Of a DNA stretch of 64,000 nt, positions 46,700 to 58,586 are shown piece after piece (position 1 is the first letter of the stretch; each line of letters starts with the position of its first letter). The position numbers and the translations under genes are program-made. The stretch is from Podarcis bocagei (taxonomy: Eukaryota). Location: NCBI GenBank assembly GCA_964188305.1, contig OZ076889.1. One strand, 5' to 3'. The notes beneath the pieces are model-generated. The model was not told the DNA's origin. It made no database searches and was given only the letters and a program-made list of their open reading frames with translations.

Positions 46700-47800
46700 G
46701 TGGCTTTGACCACCTGAAAGCTTTCGCCGCACCAGGCGTGCGAAGACTGCGAAGGTACCACAGGAGGCCACCTCGAAGATGCGCCCGCGCTTTTCCCTCA
46801 CCAGGGAAGACCCCCCCCCCCGCCCGCTCGCTCCGCTTGCCTTTGCCACACACGCTCTCGCGGCGCCGCCTACCGCAGGCCACACCCTCCTCTCCTCGCC
46901 GCAGACGGCCCGGAGGCGGTGCAGGCGGGCGGCCATTTTGTGGCGCTGCTCGGTCGCTGGCGCTGGGGCTCAGCGCGGGGAGCGGGGCCTGAGTGGCGAG
47001 TTAGTTCCCTTTCTAACCCACTTTTTTTCCCGTACAGGCCCCTCGGTAAGAACTTAGCACTTCCCTGGCGGCGCCTCCGGCTCGCCGGGGAATCATAATA
47101 ATAGGTGGGGGAAGCTGGGCTTGTCCGGCTCGGCTGCGAGGGGGGGGGGAGCGTGTTCCCCTCCCACCTCAGCTTGCACAAAGGGCGGGAGGGCGGGAAC
47201 GAGGCCTGAAGGGAGCGGGGGGGGGTGAGGGCCGCGCTCCGGAGCCTCGTTGGCTCCTCAAGGCCTTGGCCTGTAACTCTCGCGTGGGGTCTGTAGGTTG
47301 GACAGGCATTTAGCGTCGCTAAGGCGTTTTGGGCCTGGTGCGCAGGGTTGCTTGCCTGCGCCTGAGCGGCGGTGCTGGTTCGGGGTAGTGGAAGAGCCGC
47401 CTATGCGCCCCGTGGGTTTGCGACCCCCGTTTCTTTTGGGGGTAGGTGAGTATCGGCGGCTCCCTTCATAAGTGGCCTAACTAAGCCGGGCTTCCCTGGT
47501 AGCACCCCCGGGGCCGGGTCTTAGGGCGGTGCAGGCGCTCCCATTGTAGGGGATGACGGGGGCGAATGGAAGCGAACTCGGTAGTGTAAAACAAAATGGC
47601 CTGAGCTGCGGGGGTTTTTTTTCCTTATTTTTTTTTTTGCATCGACCAAAAGCTGCCGCAGTGCGCCGGATTCTCTGGCGTCCAAGTCAAATAAAGACTC
47701 GCCCTGGTGCAGATTCGAAGTGGTGCTGGACTCAGTGTGAACAACGCCGTGATGAATTTTCGATAGCTTTCGATTGAGATCTAGCGTCCTCTTTTCAAGG
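46700..47800 (+). promoter_or_regulatory. CpG island / promoter of RBM12 (shared with CPNE1 in other vertebrates)
   Basis: High GC and CpG; YY1-like GGCCATTTTG at 46931-46940 and AAAATGGC near 47593-47600; GC boxes; donor TCG|gtaaga at 47045 followed by G-runs. Confidence 0.85.
46930..47045 (+). other. RBM12: Probable non-coding exon 1 of RBM12/CPNE1 (5' end approximate)
   Basis: Starts near the YY1-like motif, ends at CTCG|GTAAGA. Confidence 0.55.
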
Positions 47801-50148
47801 TTTTGTTTTGGTGGGGTGGTCTCCAGGTACACACACCACTGGTTGTTATTTTGGTTAACTGCGCTCTGTGAAATTTCTGGGCCCTTGGTGGTTAACAAAA
47901 ATTTAAATTCGCGGCATGAAATGATATACCTTACGTGTGAAACCCGGTGTCGCTGTTTTAAGTTGGCTAAAAAGGCTTTAAGAAAGATTTGGTTCTGGAG
48001 GATGACTTCGGAGTTTATGGTTGTTCTTTAGGACTCCTGGGGTGGATTTGTTTTATATCTTCACTGAAATGGGCGTACTCTTCAGGTTATATAACAAATT
48101 CATATGTAATAGAGCGATAAGGACATCATTTGTATACAAAATTAATTTATCGTTCCGAAATTTGACTTCATAAAAGAGAGCTTCATTGTTTGCTGTATTT
48201 TCCTAGTGTCTTTATTTCCTCTGAGGGACATAAATGGAAGGATATTTGCTTTTTAAACAACAGGGCTGTTGTAAATAGGTAAAGTAATTGATGATTATTA
48301 GCCAAAGATAAAGGAAGGTGATAGGAATTAAATTTGTCAAATGACAATAGAACAGCTAAACTCACATATAGGTACAAACTGTTAAGATGCTATAAAAAAG
48401 GCTTTTCATTTTTAAAAAAGTATTTGTTCTTATGTATTTTGATTATTAGGAAATACTGGCTTTAGTTTTGTGTTGACATTGAATCCATTTATTCCAGCAC
48501 ACTTCCCCTTCCCCAGCTATTGATAAGCATAGTAATCCTACATTTTTAATACTGCTTGTTTGAAACAAAGCTCCAAGAAAATGCTTGGTGTTGGAAAGTT
48601 ACTATGTACTTAGGAATGTTCTGCTTACCTCATGAATAAAAAAGAAGCTTATCATAGGTTCTATAGGATTTTGGTGTATATTTCGGAACTCAAGGGCAAC
48701 AGAGTATTCATTGGGCACGAAGGTGTCATTAAGACCAGGGATAAATTAATATGACAGAATATCTCAGCAGATCTGGTAGTATGCTTTTTTTGAAATGGTT
48801 TTTGATTTCTGAACATGCTTGCTTGGAATTATGCATGCGGCATAAACCACAGAAAATAGTTATGGGAAAAACTGAGCATGATGGCAGACCCTTTTGTTGA
48901 ATAGAAATGTGCACTCGGAACTGGTTGGAGAAAAATATCTCTTAGCATTTATATTTTGCAGTGAAATAACCATGTGGAACATTATTAAGCTATTTAGAAA
49001 TGAAAAATGGTGATCTCTCGAATTGTACAAAAAATTGTCACCAGGATAATTGAAAGATTTCAGATGCTGAAGTTTGGCTTGTGCTGAATAATTCTCACAT
49101 GAATTAACATATGTCCTAATCTTGAATTGTAAATAGTTTATTAAGGTCAGGTAGTGAATGAGTTATTGGGTTTTGCTGTTCAGACAGGTGTTTTACTTCA
49201 GATTTTATGCGGGAATTCACACTGTTTAAGTTTTGTGGTGCTGATGTTGATTTGTTCCTTGAAAGTCTTTGTTTCGATTAATTGTTATTTCCTGTGGTCA
49301 GCAAATATACGGTTTTCTTTAAATAAGGCATTATTACAGATATCACCTGTTCATAGAACTGCCTGTCAAACCATTCATGAGATGTGTGGAATTCAGTATT
49401 CGTTTTTGTTTCCTTTCTTTAAATGGAAAATATTTTCAGGATCTGCAGATCAGGATTTCCAGATTACATTAGGGTTGTGTGTGTTTAAGTACTAGTGTAT
49501 ATAAACGTGCTGAACGTTGGACACAATGATTGTGAAATACTGTTTGGTCCTGTGCTTTGAGAAGAAGATTGTCCTGTTTGCAATTTATGTTGGATTGTAT
49601 TTTGATTCTGCAGCTCTAAAATAAGCAAGGTTAAAGAAATAGGAGGAAGTGTATTGTAAGGTATTTGCAGTCTGATTTGGCTTCATCAAATGTGAAATGA
49701 CTTTGGAAGGATGTTGTGTTTTGGTTTATTTAAAATACTTCTTAATTGGGTGAGAAGTTGTAGCATTAGAAAACTATTCTAGTTTTCTTGATCAGGAAAA
49801 ATAAACTAGCCCTCTTTATGAAATGAGACAAATCAGCTATCTGAAGAGATAATGCAAAGTTAATTTCTTTAATGAATGTGTTCTGGCTTTTTGTTTGTAT
49901 TCATTCTCATGTTGAATATTTTTTGTTTTAAAATAAAAGTAATTGTTGCTATCAAAATGTGTGAAGCTGTGGAAAAGACCAAGGAATGTATATTTCATGC
50001 ACTCTCAAACTTGTGGTTCCCATGTATTGGAGTGCCTTATGATGGACATTGTCCCAGACTGTCATAATACACAGCACATTGTGGACTGCTAACTTTTAGT
50101 TATGTGTTGCTTGCATTGATTTTTGCCTCCATTTATTCTTTATTTCAG

Positions 50149-50235
50149 TCTAAAAGTTGGTTTTAATTGGTTGCCCACAGGATTGCCTTGGCTTCTACTA
50201 CTTGTTAAGGAAAAAAAACACACCTCTCTTGGCAG
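50149..50235 (+). other. RBM12: Non-coding exon 2 of RBM12/CPNE1 5'UTR
   Basis: tatttcag|TCTAAAAGTTGGTTTTAATTGGTTGCCCACAGGATTG...GGCAG|gtaaga; consensus sites, and resembles my recollection of the mammalian RBM12 5'UTR exon. Confidence 0.75.
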
Positions 50236-51811
50236 GTAAGATACTGAAGATGTATTTATGCTTACTGAACACGCTTGGATAATTCAAAGTACTCAGGAAG
50301 ATAGAGCTAGTACATGAGTTACTTTAAAAAGTTTAAATCACCAAAACTATATGGAGGTTCCCCCCTCCTTTGTTGGCCTCAAGTTATGATTTTTTTGGTA
50401 AAACTTTCTGTGGGTAGAATTCTTTAAGATTGAGGTCTTTTTAGGGTTATATGGTTTTTAAAACACCATTAGCTCTTCTGTATAGCAAGTTTTGTGTAGT
50501 TACCCAAATTGTCTAGTCATGTAGGTTTAAAAACAAACAAAACCCAGGTGAGTTCTACTCTCCTAGCTGAAGCTTGGCAGCTAAGTCTTTAATTTGCATT
50601 TGGTGTTTGAATACATTTTTATTATAATTGTAGCTCTTTGGTGTTTAGTCAGAAATAATTAATACATTTTGTGATGCACATCAGTGTTAGCTATATATTT
50701 GCAAAGTCAGATTTTTATATATCCGTGCCCCCCAAAATACATTCTTTACATATACCATGATGGTTATATCTACAGCCTGTTGTTTTCTGGAAAACTGTAC
50801 TATTTTGCTGCTCAGTCTTCTATGTAACATTTATGAACTGTTGTTAAATGGCTGTGCAAACATTTGTGTCTTGTATTTTTAAATAAGTATCTCCAGATGA
50901 ATGAATTATTTAAAATGGAAGGCCATGTTAGGCAGCTTTATGACATTATGGAAGAAATGCATTCTTTGAGATAATGGCCCAAAGATTAATAATTTAGTTT
51001 CAAATATTTTTATCCTTCTCTCTATCTAAAATATAATCAAAGCAGCTATTAAATCTAAAACATCAGTAACTACAGTTTGGTATAAAATAAACAGCACAGC
51101 ATAGCTTTTTGGTAAGTATAAAAGACAAAAGCTTTGTGAACTACCCACATGAAAACAAATAAAGATGGAGCCAAGTAGACATCTCTCAAAATGACGTTCC
51201 AAAATATTTGCACATTGTCAGAAAAGGCCCTCTTCCTATAGTCTACCAGTGACATTTCTGGTGATGAAGTATGGAACAAGACTTTGGTGTCTCAATATTT
51301 CAGCAGGTTCCTAAGACAGACTTAATAGTTTTGATTAATAGAATGTATATATCTGGACTGGTTTATCTCAAAAATCCTTATGGTTGCAGAGAAAGATTTG
51401 GCTGTAAACAATACTTTTGCTTACTTGTGATGATTGAAAGCATGTCCCTGTTTTTGTGTAAGACCAGAATTTTGGTGCACATAGTGCAAGTGAAATACTT
51501 ATGTAGGTCAGATTAGGAGGCTTCTACGTTTTTCAGACCAAGGACCAGGCTAAAGTGCAGACATGTGTTTGGGCATTTATACTTAATTTTCATCATATAG
51601 GCTTTGTCCTCTTTGCGCAGGGTTGCATTCCTGGTGCCTGCACACATCGGAGCGTACATAAGCCTACTCTTTTACGCCCCCAACTTGTGTTCAGACCACT
51701 TCCACAGACCACATTTGTTTGGCAGTAGTTCTGCTGTTGCAGTCTGCTTTAGATCCTGGAGCACCAGTTGAATAACTGTGGTAATAAGGTATGCAACAAG
51801 GTATCTTCAGA

Positions 51812-52057
51812 CAATACACCTTGATTTATGGACTTAATCTGGAAGTCCGTTCTTAAACCAAAGTGTTCTTAAACCAAGGCATGCTTTCCCATAGCAGCAG
51901 GGGCCTCAATTTACAAATGGAACACACTCAACAGGAAGCAGAACATGTTCTGCTTCCAAGGCAAAGTTCACAAACCAAAACACCTACTTCTGGGTATGCA
52001 GCATTCTTAATCCAAGTTGTTCATAAACTAAGTTGTTCTTAAACCAAGGTACCACTG
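51812..52057. mobile_element. Tigger-like MITE, degraded at left end
   Basis: Repeated GTTCTTAAACCAA, right end AAGGTACCACTG-TA. Confidence 0.6.
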
Positions 52058-52347
52058 TATATTTGTGGTGGGTCTTGAACATGCAAAATTGAATGTTCTT
52101 CAAAAACCAGTTGAAGATATTAATAGAACTTGAGCCTCTGTGCAAAGGTTCCAGTCGTAGACACCCTCAATATTATATAACATGGTTTACAGCTTATTCA
52201 ATCTTTTAACAAAAATGTTTTAGCCTTTTTATGATGTGCTGAGGTCTGTATTCTACTGAATAGGCCTATTCACTCTTTTGATTTTGCTGCTTAGGTTATG
52301 ATTATAACACTTCTGCAGAATAAATGTTTTGTAGATGTTGCTGTCCA

Positions 52348-52379
<32 letters not shown>

Positions 52380-52460
52380 TAGTTTATACCCCACCCATCT
52401 GGCTGGGTTTCCCCAGCCATTCTGGGTGGCTTCCAACTGAATATTAAAAACAATACAGCA
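52348..52460 (-). repeat. (AAT)n microsatellite plus short retroelement 3' fragment
   Basis: AAT run followed by TTTATACCCCACCCATCTGGCTGGGTTTCCCCAGCC. Confidence 0.65.
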
Positions 52461-54222
52461 TCTTCCACTAATATGTTGTACTAGTTTTGAATGCTTGCTT
52501 TAACTTGTACTAAATTGTTTGCTTGCATTTGAATAATCTACATTTTCTTATGCTTTTAAATTAGGGATTAATAAACTTTTTAAAAGCCTTTTCCTATTTC
52601 TCATTTGCAAATCTATTGCATAGTAATTTGTATCTGTGACTGTTATAACATCTTAAAGGTGACACTGCAGATTTCAAACCTGTTTTATTTTAAAAGAAAA
52701 CTCTTTAATTAAGAGTACTTACTACAGTAAATATAAGCAACATTGTAAAACTGGACAAAATATATTACAACACAAAACCACTGTTATCAGCCTGAAGGGA
52801 AGGGTTTAAATAAAACAATAACTATTATAATTATAATTATTTCTACCAGAAACTAAATGAACTTCAGAAAGACTGTGACATCACATTTTCACCAAATATG
52901 ATGTACAGTATCCAGTCCATCAATAGCCCTTCCAGCACTTAGACATTAGGATGAATGTGAAGTACTCTCTGTATCTTAATGAGATTTAGCATTATTAGTG
53001 GATGACTTTGAACATTGCCTCTTTGATCTAGCATAGATATATTGAAAAAATGTTTAAATGAAATTTGCTTCCAGTATTCTGGTGGCATAAGCTGGTTTCC
53101 TGATTTGTTTAGTAATGAGAAAATGTGATTGTAAATCCCAGGCAACATGGGACCGTTGGAGCATTTATTTTTCATACTTCTGGCTACTGGCTACTTGGTT
53201 GTTTCAGCTAAAGTTCATTTTATAGTTCTCTCTGCAACCATAAGGAAAGAGGAAGGTTCTTCTGATGAGCTTCAACTAAATCAAAGCCAATTTATTGAAA
53301 ATTTTATGATACTTCAAAAGCAATTACGTAAGTTTTTATCCCTTCATGTTAGCAAGCTGATGAATGGTTTTAAAAGCATTTTCTTTTAACAAAAAAGGGG
53401 TTTGTTTTTTAAAAAAGAAGAAATCATGAACATTTAAAATACTATTTCCTTTATCACATTATTTTTCCTAGAGATGCCAGTCCTTTTTTTAATTTAGGAA
53501 GGCTTTTAACAGTACTATGTAGCTATTTCAGAGGGGCATTATCTGAAACAGCAACATAATCAAACACAGGGTGCAGGAGAGGTGTATTACTGGTTCCTAT
53601 CTGACTTCTAAAATACATCTTGCAGTGCCTGGTAATTCTAGAGTTTTCCATCCAAACACCAAACCAAGTATTGGCTTGCTTGTATAAAGGAATTAATGGC
53701 TTTGTGAAAGCTGCAGAGTAGGAGGAGATTCTTTAAAAAAACAAAACAAAAGTGAGGAGCAAGGAATAGGCTGGAGAGATTTTATGTCTCTAGATACCAA
53801 GCAATGTGATGTATAGGAATTTTGAAGTAGTTATGCATTCCTGTGTGGGACTGAAGTATAAGATTGTGACATAAGATAAGTGTTTTAAAAATAAAAAGTT
53901 CGTTGGTGAACAGGAGCCTAAAATACTATTCTAGCCTTGAGCTAAATGAGCTTAATGCAAGAAGTTTGCTTTTGGATTGTCATATCTGAAGCTGGTGTTC
54001 TCCAGAAGGATTTGCCTTGGTTCCAGTTTTTGACTGTGTTCTTGTCAACAGCCTTTAACATTCCATATTGCAATTTACTGGAAAGCTTTGATGCAATTGT
54101 GCTTTAAAAGTACTTTGTAGAGAAAGCTGCATGAATAAAGATCACAAATTGTAAATTGATTTAAGATCTGCAGGAGCTTTTAAACATAAGTATCTAGGTT
54201 AAGCATATGGTGTCTTAAATAG

Positions 54223-54401
54223 NNNNNNNNNNNNNNNNNNNNNNNNNNNNNNNNNNNNNNNNNNNNNNNNNNNNNNNNNNNNNNNNNNNNNNNNNNNNNN
54301 NNNNNNNNNNNNNNNNNNNNNNNNNNNNNNNNNNNNNNNNNNNNNNNNNNNNNNNNNNNNNNNNNNNNNNNNNNNNNNNNNNNNNNNNNNNNNNNNNNNN
54401 N
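54223..54401. other. Assembly gap (179 N) covering the RBM12 acceptor and start codon
   Basis: Run of N; RBM12 frame resumes at once with AFIVFATDEDARLGMM. Confidence 0.99.
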
Positions 54402-54402
54402 G

Positions 54403-56919
54403 GCTTTCATCGTCTTTGCCACTGATGAAGATGCAAGGCTGGGTATGATGCGCACAGGTGGTACCATTAAAGGGTCCAAAGTAACACTGTTGCTGAGCAG
54501 TAAAACTGAAATGCAGAATATGATTGAACTCAGTCGCAGGCGCTTTGAAACAGCAAATCTAGATATGCCACCAGCAAATGCTAGCAGGTCTGGGCCTCCA
54601 CCTAGTTCTGGAATAAGTAGCAGGGTGACTCTTCCTACGACAGTACCTAACTTTAACAGTCCCTCTCCTAGTGTAGTTACTGCAGCTACTTCAGTTCATG
54701 AAAGCAACAAAAACATACCAACATTCTCCACTGCCAGTATGGGAACTGCTCCTCCTAATATTGGTGCTACTTTTGGAAGTCCCACCTTTAGTTCCACCAT
54801 ACCTAGTACAGCATCCTCAATGAACACAGTACCACCTCCACCAATACCTCCAATTCCAGCTCTGCCATCATTGCCCCCAATGCCTTCCATTCCTCCCATC
54901 CCTGTCCCACCTCCAGTACCTACACTGCCTCCTGTTCCCCCAGTTCCCCCAATACCTCCTGTACCTCCTGTGCCACCTATGACCCCTCTGCCTCCTTTAT
55001 CAGGAATGCCTCCAATGAATCCCCCACCTGTAGCACCTTTGCCTACAGGAATGAATGGATCTGGAACAGCCATGAATCTGAGCACTAACTTGAATCCAAT
55101 GTTCATGAGTCCCATAAATCCTATTCAGATCAATTCTCAAAGTGGTGTGAAATCACTTCCTATCAATCCAGATGATCTGTATGTCAGTGTGCATGGAATG
55201 CCATTCTCAGCAACAGAAGCTGACGTGAAAGACTTTTTTCATGGACTTCGTGTGGATGCAGTGCATATACTGAAAGATCATGTAGGACGAAATAATGGAA
55301 ATGGATTAGTTAAGTTTTGTTCTCCTCAAGATACATTTGAAGCCTTGAAGCGAAACAGGATGCTGATGATTCAGCGCTATGTCGAAGTTGGTCCTGCAAC
55401 AGAGAGACAGTGGGTGTCTGCAGGAGGCCATATAACATTCAAGCAAACCATGGGTCCTTCTGGACAAAATCATCCTTCTCCTCAGACTCACTCTATGTCT
55501 AAATCACCTAATGGACAGAAAAGATCCAGATCCAGATCACCACATGACCAGGGCTTCTGTGTTTATTTAAAAGGACTTCCTTTTGAATCTGAGAACAAGC
55601 ATGTAATAGATTTCTTTAAAAAGCTGGATATTGTGGAAGACAGTATTTACATAGCTTATGGACCCAATGGGAAAGCACTTGGTGAAGGTTTTGTTGAGTT
55701 CAGAAATGAAACTGACTACAAAGCAGCTTTATGTCATCATAAGCAGTACATTGGAAATCGTTTCATTCAAGTACATCCCATAACAAAAAAAGCTATGTTA
55801 GAAAAGATAGAAATGATTCGGAAAAGACTGCAGAACTTCAACTATGATCAGCGTGAGATCATTATGAATACTGAAGGGGAGACTGGCCCTTCTAAACTAT
55901 GTGCACATATATCCAATATCCCCTACAACATTACTAAAATGGAAATCCTTCAGTTTCTAGAGGGACTGGCAGTGGAAGAGAACTCTATACAAATTCTTGT
56001 TGATACTAATGGGCAAGGTTTAGGACAAGCACTGGTCCAATTCAAAGCTGAAGAAGATGCTCGTAAGTCAGAGCGCCTGCATCGAAAGAAACTAAACGGG
56101 AGAGATGTTGTGCTAAGAGTTATTTCCCTTGAAGAAATGAGAGAAATTGAGAGAAATCCTCCCTCCCAGGGGAAAAAAATGTTGAAAATGCCATTGCAAG
56201 GGAGTGCACTAATGCCAGGAGTGCAGAATGCTGGTGGGGATAAACATACTTTCATAGGTAATAGCCCCAAAGATGCAAACAGTGGTCCTCCTTTTCATTT
56301 CCCCAGCAATTTCAGTGGGTCCAATGCATTTGGCCCCCCTCTTCCACCTCCAGGAATAGGTGGTGGCTTTGGTGATTCAAGGCCAGGGATGCCTTCTATT
56401 GGAAATAGTGGCCTGCCTGGTCTGCCTGGTTCAGGAATTGATGTTCCGGGTTTTGGAGGTGGGCCTAGCAATTTAACTGGGCCATCAGGTTTCACCGGAG
56501 GTCCTCAGAACTTTGGAAATGGGCCTGGTAATTTAACTGTTCCTCCTAACTTTGGTAGTGGACCTCCAGGTCTTGGTGGTGCGCTTGGACATTTAAGTGG
56601 ACCTCCAGGGTTTGGACCTGGACCTGGAAACTTGCATATTGCTGGGCCACCTGGGTTTGGAGCTGGCTCTGGAAAGCCAGGGCCGACTGTCATTAAAGTT
56701 CAGAATATGCCCTTTACTGTATCAGTGGATGAAATTTTGGATTTCTTCTATGGTTACCAAGTAATCCCAGGTTCAGTGTGCTTAAAATACAATGAAAAGG
56801 GCATGCCAACAGGTGAAGCAATGGTTGCATTTGAATCTCGTGATGAAGCGATGGCAGCTGTTGTTGATCTGAATGACAGGCCAATAGGCTCAAGAAAAGT
56901 CAAACTTGTTCTAGGGTAG
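54403..56919 (+). CDS. RBM12: RNA-binding protein 12, intronless CDS, 5'-partial (true ATG in the gap; about 880 aa expected)
   Basis: 824-aa ORF plus 14 upstream in-frame codons; end of RRM1, Pro-rich tract, RRMs (DLYVSVHGMPF, FCVYLKGLPF, LCAHISNIPY), Gly/Pro-rich repeats, C-terminal RRM ending IGSRKVKLVLG*; syntenic with NFS1. Confidence 0.97.
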   Translation, partial: AFIVFATDEDARLGMMRTGGTIKGSKVTLLLSSKTEMQNMIELSRRRFETANLDMPPANASRSGPPPSSGISSRVTLPTTVPNFNSPSPSVVTAATSVHESNKNIPTFSTASMGTAPPNIGATFGSPTFSSTIPSTASSMNTVPPPPIPPIPALPSLPPMPSIPPIPVPPPVPTLPPVPPVPPIPPVPPVPPMTPLPPLSGMPPMNPPPVAPLPTGMNGSGTAMNLSTNLNPMFMSPINPIQINSQSGVKSLPINPDDLYVSVHGMPFSATEADVKDFFHGLRVDAVHILKDHVGRNNGNGLVKFCSPQDTFEALKRNRMLMIQRYVEVGPATERQWVSAGGHITFKQTMGPSGQNHPSPQTHSMSKSPNGQKRSRSRSPHDQGFCVYLKGLPFESENKHVIDFFKKLDIVEDSIYIAYGPNGKALGEGFVEFRNETDYKAALCHHKQYIGNRFIQVHPITKKAMLEKIEMIRKRLQNFNYDQREIIMNTEGETGPSKLCAHISNIPYNITKMEILQFLEGLAVEENSIQILVDTNGQGLGQALVQFKAEEDARKSERLHRKKLNGRDVVLRVISLEEMREIERNPPSQGKKMLKMPLQGSALMPGVQNAGGDKHTFIGNSPKDANSGPPFHFPSNFSGSNAFGPPLPPPGIGGGFGDSRPGMPSIGNSGLPGLPGSGIDVPGFGGGPSNLTGPSGFTGGPQNFGNGPGNLTVPPNFGSGPPGLGGALGHLSGPPGFGPGPGNLHIAGPPGFGAGSGKPGPTVIKVQNMPFTVSVDEILDFFYGYQVIPGSVCLKYNEKGMPTGEAMVAFESRDEAMAAVVDLNDRPIGSRKVKLVLG

Positions 56920-58580
56920 CTGGTAATATAAAATGTTTGTAGAATAGATATTAGTGCTGTGATTTATGCATTCAGACTGTTTTATAGTAGCTCCAGGTTA
57001 GAACCTATAAATTGTTTAAACTTTCCATTTGTTTTGATTTGACTGGTTTAATTGTTTACAGAGCAATCACTGCAAGGGGAAATGTGCAGTTGTTCTACCA
57101 GTACAGATACATAAAGAAGGATTCTCCTCAGTAGAGAAAGTTTGCTAATGCTAAATTAACCATGCAATGTTTATCAAGGAGTCTAGATTGTGTTTTTGTT
57201 TTTTGAAATCTTGGATGAGGAAAACTGTCTTGATGAAGTTAGTGATCTCTTAGTGGGTGCTGTTGCAAGCTATTGTAAAATAGGAAGTAGCTATTTCTAG
57301 AGTTGGTTAAAAGCTGGCTGAATTTCTTTGTTTACACAGGTCAAAGTTTTTTTGCTTTGTTTTTTTGGGGTTATTTTGCTTATAAGTCCCGAGTTTAACT
57401 TTGCAACTGAATAAAGTCTAAGTATACACAGATTGTTTATGTACCTTATTTTTTCAAAGATTCTTGGTGTATGGACAGTGAAATTATGTACATTGAGAAA
57501 CATATAGGCAGTTTTCCTATACATAAACAGAACAATCTGTAAAATTCCAGCTTTTGTGGAATAATTTTAGTTCATATTTCAACTGACTGTATAGAATAAG
57601 GCTTTTGCCACAAGTGCAGATACCTTCATTTATTACTCTGCATCTTTACTGTATGCTTAATATTGAATACATGGAGGTGCCATACCATGCCACAATTTGA
57701 AAGTATAACTGTTTGATTAGATGGATTTGTTAGGATTGTATGTTACAGTTGGGATAGGATCCTCATCACTTGGTTTTTGTACACTCTGTATGTTGTGTAT
57801 ATTTTTGAACCACACCCTTCTGAAATATCTTGGTTTATTAAGTGAACATAAGGGACTGATGCAAAGTGTTAATGTTAGCAATCATTTGTGTTACTATGAT
57901 TCCATGAAATCTTGTGAATTATTGCTATGATCACTTAAGATATTAAAGCATTGAAATGTCTCCCGTCACAAATTGAGTTCTTAAAGTCTTTCCAATAGAT
58001 TACATTGTTCAAATTCTGTGTAGAATTGTCACTTTCTTGGTAGAACTCTCTAATGAAAGAGGGATGATGCAAATCAAAGACTGTCCATGATTAGATTCAA
58101 CAAGTTGCCTGAAAAAACACTTGCAAATCATTGTATATTTAAAAAACATTTTAAGCTATTCTGATCCCAGTTAAAGGGAAACAGTGTCCATTTGAGTTGA
58201 GTATGATGGAACATCTGAAGTGCACAGCCTGGCATAATGTAGAAGTGGCAACCATTCTATTCTAGTCATCCAGTGTGTTAGGTGATTGAAAAAACATGCT
58301 GAATTGCTGCATCATGAGAGGATTTTGCAGTACAGTAATTCAAGGATTGTGTGAAAGTGTTGCAATGAAGTGGTGGCTGTATTACAAATTTTGTAATTCA
58401 TGGATTTGAAACTGTTTTGACAGGAACAGAGATGGTGCATTCCTGAAAAATGACATGATTGTACTAAACTGTTAAAATTACTAAGCCTCCTGTTAATAAA
58501 ACTGTCTTTCTGAAGTTTCTTGCTATCTATTTTTAATTGTCTGGTGTGTTTCAACAGCAGACTTCTTTTATTGAACGGTC

Positions 58581-58586
58581 AATAAA
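58581..58586 (+). terminator. Candidate RBM12 polyadenylation signal (another at 58495-58500)
   Basis: AATAAA about 1.66 kb after the stop. Confidence 0.5.

Noticed and set aside
46637-48031. Many short ORFs on both strands
   Set aside because: CpG-island composition; no recognisable domain.
54696-56693. Gly/Pro-rich minus-strand ORFs
   Set aside because: Antisense shadows of low-complexity RBM12 codons.
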